The translations under genes were made by a program, and so were the position numbers. Positions 1 through 13,004 of a stretch of 64,000 bases of DNA are shown here, in pieces. Numbering within the stretch: position 1 is the first letter of the stretch; each line of letters opens with the position of its first letter. Under the pieces are notes generated by a model. The model ran no database searches, was not told the DNA's origin, and saw only the letters and a program-made list of their open reading frames with translations. Source of the DNA: Felis catus. Its lineage: Eukaryota. The stretch covers positions 17,548,001-17,612,000 of the forward strand of contig NC_058383.1 in NCBI RefSeq assembly GCF_018350175.1, read 5' to 3'.

Positions 1-1073
1 CTGGTTACCACAATCCTTACAACTTCATAGTTTCTTTCTCTGCTCATTTATGTTCATTTGCACAGCTTACAGGCTAACCTCCCAGCTTTGTAGCGAGGCA
101 TTTGAGGCCTTCCAGGTGCTGGCTTCTTCTCACGTCCTCAGCCTCTTCCATAACTGTTCCAGTACATTCATCTCACTTCCCGCCCTCCAGCCACATGGGC
201 CTCAGGGTACCTTTCATACCCACCTTTGCCTGCACAGTCCTCCCACCAAACTCCTTATCAAAACAGACCAGGCCTTGCTCACTTTGGCCACTTCAGCCTC
301 TGTCTGCCCTCTTTCCCAAGTTCATCTACCACACCAAACTTCCAACACACTGAGGCTTGCCAGGCTAGTTCCTATCCTAGCACTTGCTGCCTCTCCCTGG
401 GAAACTCTTCCCTTCCTCTCTTCTTTCTTTCTTTCCTCCTGGTCAATGCCTACTTATGTTTCAGGCCTTGCCTTAGATCTCATCTCCTTCTTCAGGAAGC
501 TTCCCTGACCCTCAAACTAGGTCAGGTCATTGGTTAGTCACTGCACTTCCTCTTTTGCCTGACATCTCGCTTCCCTTGCTAGAATAAGGCCATGTTGTTC
601 ATCTCTGTCCCCCTGGGGTCTAGGCAAATTGTGAAGTGCCTGGGAAAGAGTAGGTGTTCATTAATGACAAAAGGAAGCACACGTCCCTTTCTCCACTGGC
701 AAAACTTCTCCTCTGGTTGCATTTCTACTGTAATATTCAACTCGGTTCTCCTGGAGATCCCAAATCTCACTGAGCTCGGGTCTATCTCACAATCCAGTGG
801 GTCCCCAAACCCATTTTCCGGTTGTTTCGCCAAGGTCATAATGCGTAATTGGAATAGGTATACTCAGCAATGGACAGAATCCCCACATCAGTTGACTGGG
901 TCTCTGCATGCCTGTGAAGGGAGGGCTGTGCACGGTTGGCGACCCAGGGCCCCATACAGAGCAGGCACAAGGGTAGAGTATAATAACTAACTTTCTATTC
1001 CATTTATCTGTTGATTTTCAGCTGGCAATGGCCTTTCTGCCAATCCCTTCCTTTGTTTCTCCTGTCAGCTCTG

Positions 1074-1290
1074 AGAGGCAGCTGTGGTGTAGCAATGGTC
1101 AGGATGCAGTCTAGGCATGGAGGTTTTTCAGATTCAACTGATTCGTCTTAACTGTGTAATCTTGGGCAAGTCACTTCCCCACCTAGACTTCAGTTGCCTC
1201 ATCTGAAACATGGAGCCAATAATCGTTTCCTCGTCTTTGGGGTCTAACATCTTTAAACATGTCAGGAACAGTGTGAACCAAGTGCAGAGT
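1074..1290 (+). mobile_element. MIR
   Basis: Core ctgtgtaatcttgggcaagtcactt...cagttgcctcatctgaaacatgg. Confidence 0.75.
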
Positions 1291-1629
1291 GAGCACCTGA
1301 GAAGCTGTATGTAAACCAAATTTTTGTGAAGTGAACAGTTATTTCCAACCTTTAATTTTTAGAATCACCGGTAGGATTGCAGGCTCTCTAGGATTTAGGA
1401 AATGCAGTGCCAAAGAAAAGTAAAAGCCCGTGGTAATCTGGAACAACCCGAGTTGAGGTTTTAACGTTATGTATTTTTAAGATACAGTGAGGGAAGCGGA
1501 GAGAGGCGGTTGAGGTAAATGAGAACCGCTCCAAAAGGGATGCTTGGGCTCTGGTTCAGCTGCTGTGTGACTTAAGTGGCCTCGTCTGTAGAATGGGATC
1601 CCCAGGCCCTCTCCCCACACAGCCTTTTG

Positions 1630-2075
1630 TGACGCTCCGGGGAAACAAAGGAGGGACGCGTGCCTCCGAAACGGCCCGAGCGCGGGCGAGCGCGCCGCGG
1701 AACCGCAGGGGTTAAGGGCACCGAGCGCCGCGCTGCCGTCCTAGAGCGGGCGCGGGCGGACTTCCGGCGCGGGGCGCTCGGGGTTCGGGGGCTGGCACGC
1801 CGGCGCTTCGGGAAGGGAGCCGGGCGGGTGTACGGCGCGCGGTGTCGCGGTTTGTTCCTGGGCAGCGGGCGCCTGGGTGGAGGACTGCCACTCTGAGGCT
1901 CGGCCCGCGCTGCGGCGGCGTCCTGGGGTCACCTAGGCCGGGCCCCTGGCCGACGTGACCCCTCCCCCAAATTCCGGACTAGCAGTGTTCCACGGTGGGC
2001 CGCGTTTGAGCCCCTCTGGCCTTGGGTTCCCCTGCTGTAGTGCGGGTGTGGGGATCCCGGGACTGGCCGAGGACA
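1630..2075. promoter_or_regulatory. CpG island / intronic promoter
   Basis: Dense CpG and high GC; GC-box GGGCGG 1754-1759 abutting ETS motif ACTTCCGG 1760-1767. Confidence 0.75.
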
Positions 2076-2669
2076 ATCGGTTTCTTTAAATTACTTGCAC
2101 CCTGGCATGCACTGTATTCCCATTGTTCAGTCCAGGAAACTGAGACTCAGGAAGGCCAAGTTACTTTGGAATAGCAAAGGCATGCTTTCCCACTCGCTTG
2201 TCTAGTCGGGACAGAGGCCTACTTCCAGGCCATATCCCTTGATTCTTGCGCTGGCGGTGCTGCAGGGGGAGGGGGAGGACATCTGTGTGTGTGTCAGGAG
2301 CCGTACCCAGGTATCTCCTCTCATCCTTATTACAACCTGCAGAGGCAGGTGCTGTTATCCACATTTAAAAGTAAGAAAAGAGAGGCTCAGAGCGATTTTC
2401 TTTAGGTGTGATGCAGGTCAGTGCTGAGTAGCGAGACGTATAAACTCAGGTTTGTCTCACTTGCCTGGCAGATCTGTTTTCGAGAATATTAGCTAATATT
2501 GAGCGCTTACGACTGAATCCTTTCACAAAGGAGCAAAAGCTGAGAGATGATGGGGGCAACGTCACAGACCTGGCTGAGTTAAATAATAGTGGTCTTGGGT
2601 CAAGTGTCTCTGTGTCCTTTCATTTTCCTCAAGGTGAAAGAATCAGATTTAGCACCTCTCTCTAGTAAC

Positions 2670-3045
2670 AGTTTTATTAAGATAAGATTCACGGGCAACT
2701 GGGTGGCACAGTGGGTTAAGCGGCTCTTGATCTCAGCTCAGGTCTTGATCTCGTGGTCCTGACTCCAAGCCCCACATTGGGCTCTGTGCTGGGTGTGAGG
2801 CCTACTTAAAAAAGAAGAATAAGTTTCAGATATTGTGCAATTTACCCATTTAAAATGCACAGTTCAGTGGTTCTTAGTATATTCATAGAGTTGTACAACT
2901 ATCACTATAGTGAACTCTAGAACATTTTTATCACCCTCCTGCTGCCCCCTAGCTCTAAACTACCACTAATCTACTTTCTGTCTCTGTTGGTTTGCCTATT
3001 ATGGGCATTTCCTATAAGGCCATACATGGCCTTTTGTGACTGAGA
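2670..3045 (-). mobile_element. L1 3' end fragment
   Basis: ttttattaagataagattcac...tacccatttaaaatgcacagttcagtgg L1MA/MB 3' UTR pattern. Confidence 0.7.
2693..2818 (+). mobile_element. Can-SINE, short form
   Basis: tRNA-like head plus A tail. Confidence 0.8.
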
Positions 3046-3085
3046 TAATCTTTTTATTTTTTAACTTTTTAAAAAATGTTTATTT

Positions 3086-3300
3086 GGGGCGCCTGGGTGG
3101 CGCAGTTGGTTAAGCGTCCGACTTCAGCCAGGTCACGATCTCGCGGTCTGTGAGTTCGAGCCCCGCGTTAGGCTCTGGGCTGATGGCTTGGAGCCTGGAG
3201 CCTGTTTCGGATTCTGTGTCTCCCTCTCTCTCTGCCCCTCCCCCGTTCATGCTCTGTCTCTCTCTGTCCCAAAAATAAATAAACGTTGAAAAAAAAAAAA
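3086..3300 (+). mobile_element. Young felid SINE (SINEC_Fc type) nested in the tail of an older SINE
   Basis: ggggcgcctgggtggcgcagt head, (CT)n, poly-A, TSD aaaaaatgtttattt. Confidence 0.95.
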
Positions 3301-3304
3301 CATT

Positions 3305-3514
3305 AAAAAAAATGTTTATTTATTTTGAGAGAGAGCAAGCATGTGTAGGCTTGAGTGGGGGAGGGGCAGAGAGAGAGGGAAAGAGAGAATCCCAAGCAGG
3401 CTCCACACTGTCAGTGCAGAGCCTGACGTGGGGCTCGAACCTACTAACTGTGAAATCATGACCTGAGCCTAAGTCAGTCAGAAGCTTAACTGATTGAGCC
3501 ACCCAGGCTCCCCA
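3305..3514 (-). mobile_element. Can-SINE
   Basis: Antisense head and tail. Confidence 0.9.
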
Positions 3515-3859
3515 AGATAATCTCCTTTTTAAAACAAAAGTCCAGGCTTTGACCTCAGAGCTTTGGCCTGAAGCCATAGCCAGCTAGAATTGAACAGCAT
3601 TGTTTTGATTTTGTTGTATTTATTTTTATCACTCTAGAGCAAATGATAGGTATTTTCTGTTTGTGGTAGTGACATAAAGTTCTTTTTTGAATACATTTGT
3701 TTCCATAAAAAAACTGAGTTGATACTTCTAAAGGACAAGATTAAGTAAATAGTAGTAGAGATGGCACATAAGTATGTCTCAGAGTTGGGAAGATAGGACA
3801 TGAATGAAGTTTGGAAACCACTAGACTGTCTGATTTGAGGTTCTCCAGAATGTGGCTTA

Positions 3860-4030
3860 AAAACCACCCTCCTATTCCATTTCACTCTCTTCACAACTAC
3901 TGTGAGGAAGCACATCATCTTACTGATGAAGAAACAGGTGCAAAAAAGTTAAGTATGGTAACCTGCCCAAGGTCACACAGCTCGTGACAGAACCTAGACT
4001 TAACCTATGTCTGTCCAATTCCAAAGACCA
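3860..4030 (-). mobile_element. MIR
   Basis: gatgaagaaacagg...aacctgcccaaggtcacacagct. Confidence 0.7.
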
Positions 4031-5039
4031 CCTACTTACCAAGTCTGGACATAAAATTGAAGGTGAGGAATGGGCTAGCAGGCTTGAGGGAGGATTCTAG
4101 CCACTATAGCAAAACATGTGGGGACCAGGCTGGTTACATTGCTTTCGGTACCCCTTTAAACAAATATGCAGATATTTTTATAAATAATTTGTGACTTTAA
4201 ATAGAGATCTCATTTCAGTCATCATGGGGCTTTCTTCCTGTCTTAAGGGCACACCGGAATCCAGGAGGTGTTGCCTGGACAGCCAGGATGTATGTGTGCG
4301 TGTGTGTGTGCAAGCACATGTGTGTGTTGGTGCTGGGGAGACTAATCTCTGGTTCATCTTGACTGATGTTGGTATCCCTGTCTACACCCACAGTGTTCCC
4401 TTCAAGTTCGTGACTTCTGCGCTATATCACAGGTGGGGCACCAGAATCTCTGGGTTGGCCAAGACTCCTCGTAGGTAGGGTCCCGTGTTTCCTGAAACAT
4501 CAGGCAGCCACCTGCTCTCAAGATTGGCTACTTTCGGGAGCATGGCTATGGGGCATGTACCAGGATTCTCTCTCCCCTTTTCCAGGCCAGGGACCTTCAC
4601 TAAGAGCCTCTGCCTCCCTTACAAAACCTTCTTACTCCACTTCTTATTTTTTCACTCTGGGCTTCAATAGCACATTAAACTCAGAGCCCATTTCCAATAA
4701 AACTAGTTTCCTTTTCCTCAAAGGCAGAGAGACAGCTTAAGTTTTAAACCTTAAGCAAAAAGTAGCAAGGGGAAGACAGAACAACTAAATCCTGCCACAC
4801 TGTTGTCATCACCTTTGTAACTCAGTCCTCTCATCTCATAGATGTGCAATTCAACTTGGACCCAAACTTGAAGTTAACTATACCCGTCCTCCTTCAAAGG
4901 CAATTGGGGTCCATCTGTTGTTACTCAGCTTGAGTGAGTCTCAGCCCTAACTCCAAACAACTTAGATCTGAGAGTAATTTTGACCATATAAAACAAAATA
5001 ACTAACGTTGATCCACGTAATATTCTAAGAGCTCTACAT

Positions 5040-5715
5040 GCTATTATTGTGTCCATTTTACAGATGGGAAAACCGAGGCATAGAGAAGTTGAGTTTCTTG
5101 TCCAAGGCCACACAGTTAGTAAATAATAAAGGCAGATTTCATTTTTTAATACAAAATTTATTGTCAAATTGGTTTCCATACAACACCCAGTGCTCATCCC
5201 AACAGATGTAAAGGCAGATTTCAATCCACATAGTCTGCCTTCAGAGTATGTGCTCTCAAACACAGAGCACACACTCTGAAGTCAGACTATTTCCTCCATT
5301 TACAGTAAGATTTCTGTGTTCCATATATATTGGAAAGTAGTCTGTAGCTACCTGGGAAGCAGGATTGAGGATTCTCCTTCCCAAAGAGGAGTCTGAGCAC
5401 TCTCAGACCTGGATCTCTCAGGACACATTTCTCCCTCCCCAGCTCCTGCTTCTCTGGACATGAGTTAACTAATAGCTGTTCCCCTTACCCCAAAACTGCC
5501 ACCCCAAGTTACTGTTAACGTGTCCGGTGTCCATGCGGGGCTAGGTACATGTATAATTTCTGTTTTTTGCTACAGCCCATCAAGGAATCATCCCCATTTT
5601 ACAGACAAGCAGATAGGTTTAGCAAGGCCAAGTGACTTGCCCAGGATCACACAGCTAGTGAATGGAGCAACAGGATTGCAACCTGGATGCCCATCTCTGA
5701 GTCTCATGCTCTGTT
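5040..5715 (-). mobile_element. Two MIR copies (5040-5250, 5570-5715)
   Basis: ccattttacagatgggaaaaccgagg; gtgacttgcccaggatcacacagctagt. Confidence 0.7.
5142..5208 (-). mobile_element. 67-bp 5'-truncated felid L1 with TSD, inside a MIR
   Basis: tttattgtcaaattggtttccatacaacacccagtgctcatcccaac flanked by taaaggcagatttca at 5127-5141 and 5209-5223. Confidence 0.85.
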
Positions 5716-5949
5716 AACGCTTTAGTGACCTTACAGACCTGAGGGCCACATCAGTGAGTTCCTGGGAGGCGATGACTGGCTGTGGTGCCCTAGCGAGTGT
5801 CTCACACTCTGGCTCCGTTTCCGTATTTGCAAAATCTCTCTTTTTACCCTCCTCCTATTCCCAACTTCCTAATGAAATTTTGGGAAAATTTTTCGTTTTT
5901 GTTTTCAGTTTCAAAATTAGACTCAAAGACCACTGTAGAGGGTGTTCTC

Positions 5950-6183
5950 GGGGCCCCTGGGTGGCTCGGTCGGTTAAGCGTCCGACTTCGGCTCAGGTAA
6001 TGATCTCACAGTCCATGAGTTCGAGCCCCCCATTGGGCTCTGTGCTGACAGCTCAGAGCCTGGAGCCTGCTTTGGATTCTGTGTCTCCCTCTCTCTCTCT
6101 GCCCCTCCACTGCTCATGCTCTGTCTCTCTCTGTCTCAAAAAAAAATAAAAACATTTTAAAAAAAGGTTTTTTTTAATAAAAA
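5950..6183 (+). mobile_element. Can-SINE
   Basis: TSD agagggtgttctc. Confidence 0.9.
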
Positions 6184-6427
6184 AGAGGGTGTTCTCATAA
6201 AGAAAGGAGTTTCACTTCTTTGGGGGGGGGTCATACCATCTGCTCTAAGGAGACATTTTCTGCCTAGGGTTCTAGAACAGCAACTGGGCTGGGGGGCTTG
6301 GAGTTTGGGGAAAAGATGGGGACACTTGAACCTGTGTGGGGAGCAAGGACATGATGGTAACAATGGCTCCTATTTACTGGGTCTTCATAATGTGCCAGAC
6401 CCTGGGCTAAGCACTCCTTTGCTTGCT

Positions 6428-6447
6428 GTCTCTCTCTCTCTGTCTCT

Positions 6448-6486
<39 letters not shown>
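6428..6486. repeat. (TC)n(CA)n compound microsatellite
   Basis: Directly visible. Confidence 0.95.
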
Positions 6487-6489
<3 letters not shown>

Positions 6490-6858
6490 GCTAGAGGTCA
6501 CGTTTTTATTCTATCCACCACCTGACTTCTCTGGATTTTTGGATGGGAGTTTTGTTGAGATCACCTCATCCTACCTCCTACTTTAGAGGTGAAGAATCAT
6601 TTCACTCCTTTAACAATCACGGAGCTTCTATTCTCTGCTAGGCCCCAGGCCAAGCTCTAAGAATAGATAGAAAAGACCAATTCCAGGTGTCAGCAATAAG
6701 GATGGTATGAATATAGTGTTACTCTTATTTTTGCTTATCTGTATTTCCTAACTTTCTACAATGCGTATATACTGCTTTTATAATACAAGATCAATTTTCT
6801 TCCCTCATAGAATGCCTCTACTTGTTATAGTATTTTTTCTTCTATTTAAATGATTACA

Positions 6859-7050
6859 TACCTGGGTGGCTCAGTCCGTTAAGCGACCAACTCTTGATTT
6901 CGGCCCAGGTCATGATTTCAAGGTTCGTTAGTTAGAGCCCTGCATCAGGCTCTCTGCTGTCAGGTTGGAACTTGCTTCAGATCCCCTGTCTCCCTCTCTC
7001 TCTGCCCCTCCCCTGCTCGTTCTCTCTGTCCCCTCTCTCTCTCTCAAAAA
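6859..7050 (+). mobile_element. Can-SINE
   Basis: Head, (CT)n, short tail. Confidence 0.9.
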
Positions 7051-7944
7051 TGATTACATGCCTCTGAAAGTTCTGAAGTTCCAGTTAAAGAAGTCAAGCA
7101 AGAACTCGTATTAGAGAGGTGTCCCCTTTAATTCAAGTGACAGCCACATATGCATTTCCTTCTTGAGTAAAGGAACTAAATGTCATGACATCCTACCTTT
7201 GTCTCAAATCCACGCTAGGCCCAGGGATGAGCATCTGAACCCAACTTTCCATAGCAGGGATTCTTAACGGGGTGGTCCCTGGGCATGAACATCAGGAGAG
7301 TTACGAGGGCAGACTCGATTGTCATAATTTCTCAGGACGCTACAGGCATGCAGGGAGCCAGGCCAAGGGATGCTGATCGATCATCTTGTAACTCACTAGG
7401 CAGCCCACACAATAAACATCCTGTCCAGAATGACACTGGACTCCTATGGGTGGCCTGGTGACCTGGTGAAGTGTTTGAGCCTGGAAATACTGCTTAATTG
7501 CACTGTGCCTACCCAGCTGATTGGCTGATCTCTTGGGAACTTTGAAAAGCAGACCCAGAAAAAGTGGACTGAAACAGGGAACCATGAGAGTCCATATCAG
7601 AAGTCTGGTGGGGTCACCGTTCTGTCAATGAATGTGTCACTTCTAATTTGGTTCTAGGGACCCCATAACTTCCGTGTGCCTCAGAGGGCATGGTCAATGT
7701 CCCAGGTGTCTGTAAGACTCTACCATGAGCATTCAGCAGCTAGATGGTTTTTAGACCTATGAAAAATCCTGTAAATGTTTTTTTCTTTTATTGAAAGTCA
7801 GTGAAGAGGCAATAAGTGACATTTTAAATAATGTAAAACTACTTTGTCTATTAATGCGTATTCTGCATACCCTTCCATATTTTCTTGAAATATTTTAGGA
7901 TTCATTCTTTCCACAGGTTATTTTGGGACAGGTAACATGCCCTC

Positions 7945-8512
7945 TTTTTTTTATTTTTATTTTATTTTTTTAATGTTTGTTTATTTTTGAGACAGAGACA
8001 GAGCATGGATGGGGGAGGGGCAGAGAGCGAGGGAGACAGAATCCGAAGCAGGCTCCAGGCTCTGAGCTGACAGCACAGAGCCTGACGTGGGGCTCAAACC
8101 CACAAACCATGAGATCACAACCTGAGCCGAAGTCGGACACTTAACCGACTGAGCCACCCAGGCGCCCCTATTTTGTATACGTTAAAAACATTTTTTTTAA
8201 TCTTATTTATTTTTGAGAGAGAGACAGCGTGTGAGCAGGGGAGGAGCAGAGAGGGAGGGAGACACAGAATCAGAATCAGAAGCAGGCTTCAGGCTCCAAG
8301 CTGTCAGCACAGAGCCCATCTTGGGGCTCGAACCCATGGACTGTGAGATCACGACCTGAGCTGAAGTCAGGCGCTCAACCGACTGAGCCACCCAGGCGCC
8401 CCTTTAAGTTTATTTATTTATTTTGGTAATCTCTACACCTAACATGGGGCTCAAACTCACAATCCTGAGATCAAGAGTTGTATACTCTTTTGACTGAGCC
8501 ATCCAGGCACCT
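7945..8512 (-). mobile_element. Three tandem Can-SINEs
   Basis: Heads end at about 8169, 8403 and 8512. Confidence 0.9.
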
Positions 8513-8633
8513 CTTTTCCTGTCTTTTTAATTTTACCGCTTCAAGTCCCCAGGTCATGACAAAGAATGACTTGAGATTTGTATATACTGGGTCTGAAATT
8601 CTCACAGTTGCCTAAAAGTAAACCCACATATTT

Positions 8634-8694
8634 TTTGTGAATGGGGAAGGATTATACTCCTTATACTTTGTGAATGGGGAAGGATTATACTCCT
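8634..8694. repeat. 28-bp local tandem duplication
   Basis: tttgtgaatggggaaggattatactcct at 8634-8661 and 8667-8694. Confidence 0.9.
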
Positions 8695-9044
8695 GAGCAA
8701 TGCCTAGCTAAATATATATAGGAGCTAAATATTTTATTAAATATATAATTATAATCACAAATTCAATTAAAATAATTAAAGTTATAGGCTCAGAGAGGGA
8801 AAGCAGTAGGCTGAGTCACACAGCAAGTTAGTGCAAAGCCAGAGCTACAACTCTGGTCCCTTAATCTTCAGCTCAATGCCTTTCCACTTGTTCTCTCCCC
8901 ATGACTGCTGCCCCCCAAAGCTATGGCCATGAAAAAACTATAGATTAATTTAAAAGTGATACTGAGAAGAAAAGGAAGGTGAAACAGAAGTCACAACAGG
9001 AAGGAAAATTCTTAAAATCTTTTTTTTTTTTTTTTTGTGGTATT

Positions 9045-9550
9045 AGTATTTTATTATGGTAACAAATTACCACAACTTTGTGCCTTAAAACAACACAGAT
9101 TTATTATCTCACAATTCTATAGGTCACAAGTCCAACATGGGTTTCATTGGTCTAAAATCAAGATGTGGGCAGGACTGTGTTCCTTCTGAAGATCTAGGGG
9201 AGAATCCACTCTCTTGCCTTTTCCAGCTTCCAAAAGCCACCCACAGTCCTTGGCTCATGATCCTCTACCCCCATCTTCAGAGCAGCAATGTCACTTCCCT
9301 GTGACCCTTCTTACACTGTCACACCTCCCCCTGTCCATGGCCAGAAAAGGTTCTCTGATTTTAAGGACCCATGCGATTACACTGGACCACCTGGATAATC
9401 CAGGATAATCTCCCCATCTCAAGGTCTTTAACTTAATCACCTCTGCAGAGTCCCTTCTGCCATGTAAAGTAACACATTCACCGGTTCTGGGGGTTGGGGC
9501 ATGGGCATTTTAGGAATTAGAGCAAGGGCCATTATTCTGCCTATCCCAGT
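9045..9550 (-). mobile_element. MaLR solo LTR (MLT1 type)
   Basis: taacaaattaccacaa...ttaaaacaacacagatttattatctcac...ccatgtaaagtaacacattcaccggttctgggg. Confidence 0.85.
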
Positions 9551-9559
9551 AATGAAATA

Positions 9560-9999
9560 TCATGCAAATGCATAAACATTCATAGAAAAATAGTTTAACA
9601 TAATATTATTAAAATACCCTAACCACCATCGCCCAAAGCAAGAAAAAACATTGCCAGAATCTCAGCAAACCCCCCACTTAATCATATTTTTTGTTTGCAT
9701 TTGCCTGAAATTTTTTTGTCCATCTATTTATTTGAAATATTTTGTCATTTTATGTGTGTTTCTTATAAATTGCTTATAGCAGATTAAAAGTTTGTTGTTG
9801 TTGCTGCTGTTAATTTTTCTCTTGCTGGGTGCCTGGGTGGCTCAGTCATTAAGCATCTAGACTTCAGCTCAGGTCATGGGCTCACAATTCATGAGTTCAA
9901 GTCCCACATTGGGTAAGCACAAGCCCCACTTAGAGTGAATACAAGCCCCACTTTGGGTAAAAAAACACAAGCCCTGCTTCTCTTTCTCTCTCTCTCTCC

Positions 10000-10038
<39 letters not shown>

Positions 10039-11022
10039 CCTCCTGGGATTCTCTCTATCTCTGCCCTTTGCTCACTTGTGCCCTCTATAAAAATGAATAC
10101 ATAAGTAAAATTTCTTTTGCTTATAGCAGATCTTAAAAGTAGCTTAGTCTGACAGGTTCTGTCTTATAATGTTTATTCAATCCGTTCATATTTATTGTGT
10201 TAATCCATACACTTCTTTTCTTTCCACCTTATTTTACATGTAGTATTTATTTTTTCATTAATATTCTCCTGTTTGCTTTTTTTTTTTTTTTTTTTTTTAA
10301 CTTTTGTGGGTTTGGTCTGGTTTCTATTTATTACCTTTCCCCCTCTTTGTAAACTTGCTAGTGTTTATCTTCTTTTTCCTAACAATCACAATTTTTCTTG
10401 AATTGTTGTATTTGTGCATGGTCATAATCCTACTCCTTCATCAAATATTTTACTTGCCCACTTCTTCACAAACCCCTAAAAGATGATAGTTCTAGAATGC
10501 TCCATTCCTCACTCTCCCTACTTCTAGAGTTTTACTATGATAGCTTAGTTTTTTTAATTTAATCTATTACTAGGTTTTTCATTAAAGTTAATCACTTATG
10601 CAAAGGAATCCTTATTTAACACTTAAAGCCCAAGTTCCCAGTCTACTGCTATCATTTAAACTGAACTCTCTCTATATAAATACAGATTGCAAGAGTCATT
10701 GCTCACTTCGCTACGTCACGTCTTCATCTGTCATTATCTTGGCTCTCCGTCACTACTGAATTTCTTGAGCACTTCCCTCAGAAAGGGCACGTGATATATG
10801 CACTGGATCTTGTATGCCAGATGTCCTCCTTTTGCCCTGGCTGGAAAGTGACACGATTGCTGCTTTTGACTCTCGGGTTACATTCTTTTCTCCTGGAGTC
10901 TGTATTCTACTGTCTCCTAAATTATAGTATTGCAGATGCGTGGCTTGAAACTGGTCTGATTCTCATTCCTTTATAAATAACCTAGTCCAGAAGCTTTTTT
11001 TGTGGGTTTTTAGGTTTTTTTG

Positions 11023-11054
<32 letters not shown>

Positions 11055-11315
11055 TTCCTATTTCATAAGTTCAGGAATTTCATCAGGCTATGTCTAGATA
11101 CTTATCTTTCTTCATGTCAGTCCTTTTAATCTTCAGGCTCAGATTTCCCTTTCCATCTGTCACTTTTCTCTTCTTTTGGGACTCCTATTATTTGCATGTT
11201 AGGTCTTCTGGATCTGTCCTTAAAATTTACATTTAATGGCATGATTTCCTCTCGCTTATATGTTTGATGTCTTGTAAGGTTTCTTCCAGTATTTTTGAGT
11301 CTCTCATTAGTGTCT
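9560..11315 (-). mobile_element. Ancient L1 fragments
   Basis: T-rich; ORF 11126..11329(-) contains ORF1p-like DRSRRPNMQIIGVPKEE. Confidence 0.65.
9827..10100 (+). mobile_element. Can-SINE variant with internal repeats
   Basis: Repeated caagccccactt units. Confidence 0.85.
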
Positions 11316-11815
11316 GTGCCAATTACCAAGTGTATCTATTCTAACTATAAATTCAGGCACTGAAGAAATAACCACAGGATGGGTCCAAGAGCCATCTGGG
11401 CCCATTGAATTGGCCTGGACTAAAGACTCCATCTATCACCTGATTGTTGTAAGCCCCTACTTGGAATGGTGGACCACAGTGGCATTTTAGGTCCACAGGA
11501 ATAAATCCATTTACAGCCAATGTCTAATAATCCCAGAAAGGTCTGGGTATGTCCTTTTATATCCAGTGCACAGATACCCTACTAAATGGCTATAGGTCCC
11601 TTTGGAGAAGGCTTGCAGGAAGATTTATGATGAGTATTTGCAGCAATGATGGAGGTTCCTTCCTCTAGAAGACTCAGCATCACCTTCAATCAAGGGGCTC
11701 AGGGTCTACAGGTCTATATTGTGTATGTGAGTGATAAGAATCTGTGACTGTCCACTTTTTTTGGCTTCCAGACCTAGGATTTGTACTATTGTGTAGATCA
11801 AGCAGGAGAGAAACA
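11315..11815 (-). mobile_element. ERVL internal region: protease and gag end
   Basis: - strand relics GLLDIG...KCHCGPP and WTHPVVISSVPEFIVRIDTLGNW typical of ERVL pro. Confidence 0.8.
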
Positions 11816-13004
11816 CTTCCAGAATAGTAAAGACTTCCAAAAATCCACTCCTCCATAAAAGCGACAAGAACTTCTGGCAAAACATTGTCCAAATAAGTTT
11901 TTTCAGAACTCTGGAAACTAACTAAAGGTTAGTTACAATCCAAGGAATGTTTATTTTAAGAAAAAATAGCTGTATCCTACTGAGAGCAGTAAATTTTGTG
12001 GAATTTTAATTTGCTACAGTCCCATTCTCCTCTCCCCAGGTCTGCAGAAACCTTGAAAACTAAAAGCCTCATAACTAAGGAAGCTGTGAAAACCAGTGCC
12101 CTAGTAGCCACCAGAGGGGGCAGAACAGGTTTGAAGTTCTACAACTTCTCCATCCCCAAAGAAGTGTCACTATTTGACCCATTAGCTCTCTGAAAAGCCT
12201 ATTCTCAGAGTTTGTCTTTATTTGACCTAAGTCAGAACTGTCACTGTGCTAAAAGCCAAAACCCTAGGGCATGTGTTGAAAACAATCAGTGGCAATTGTT
12301 TAACACTGCAGCTACCAGAGGTGACAATATCAGTTGGTGGTAACAAGAGGCTGATAAAAAAAACTTAAAAGGAAAAACTAGGGACTGAGATATTCTTAGG
12401 CCTTTGAAAACTTTTGACATATTTTGGGAATTCCTAGATGTTCACAAGCATATTTAGGGTTGTGTGCATACCCAGGAAAAATCTGAGGAGATCCTAAGTT
12501 CTCACCTCTAGCTGACCTTGAGGTTCTGTACAAGCAAGAAGTAAAGATCAAAGCAGTATTGCACACACAGATAGGGCCCACAGGAGACTTATTGTTTGAA
12601 GGCATTTAAGGAAATCTCTCCAACCATTAGCTGATCACTAAGCTAATTGAGTAGAGACTTCAATGGCCACACAGTAAAGAATATAATTTTTACAGAATTA
12701 GTCTAGGAGAGTCACTAAACAAACAAACAGTAACAACAACGAAGTCTGGGGAGAGGTGGAATCTGATTTGCATAGTTGCCACATTACACTATTTAAGATG
12801 TCGCTTTCAAAAAAATTATGACATACAAAAAAACAGGAAAGTATGGCCCATGCAAAGGGAGAAAGCGGTAAAAAGAAACTGTCCCTGAGAAAGTCTAGAC
12901 ATTGAAATTACTAGAAAAAGTCCTTAAGTCAGCTATTATAAATATATTCAAATAATTAAACGAAAATGTGTGAAAATCATGAGTATAAGAATGTCTTGGG
13001 GGAG

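Noticed and set aside
1900..2075. Orthologue of human MIR4519 hairpin
   Set aside because: Could not recognise a matching precursor by eye
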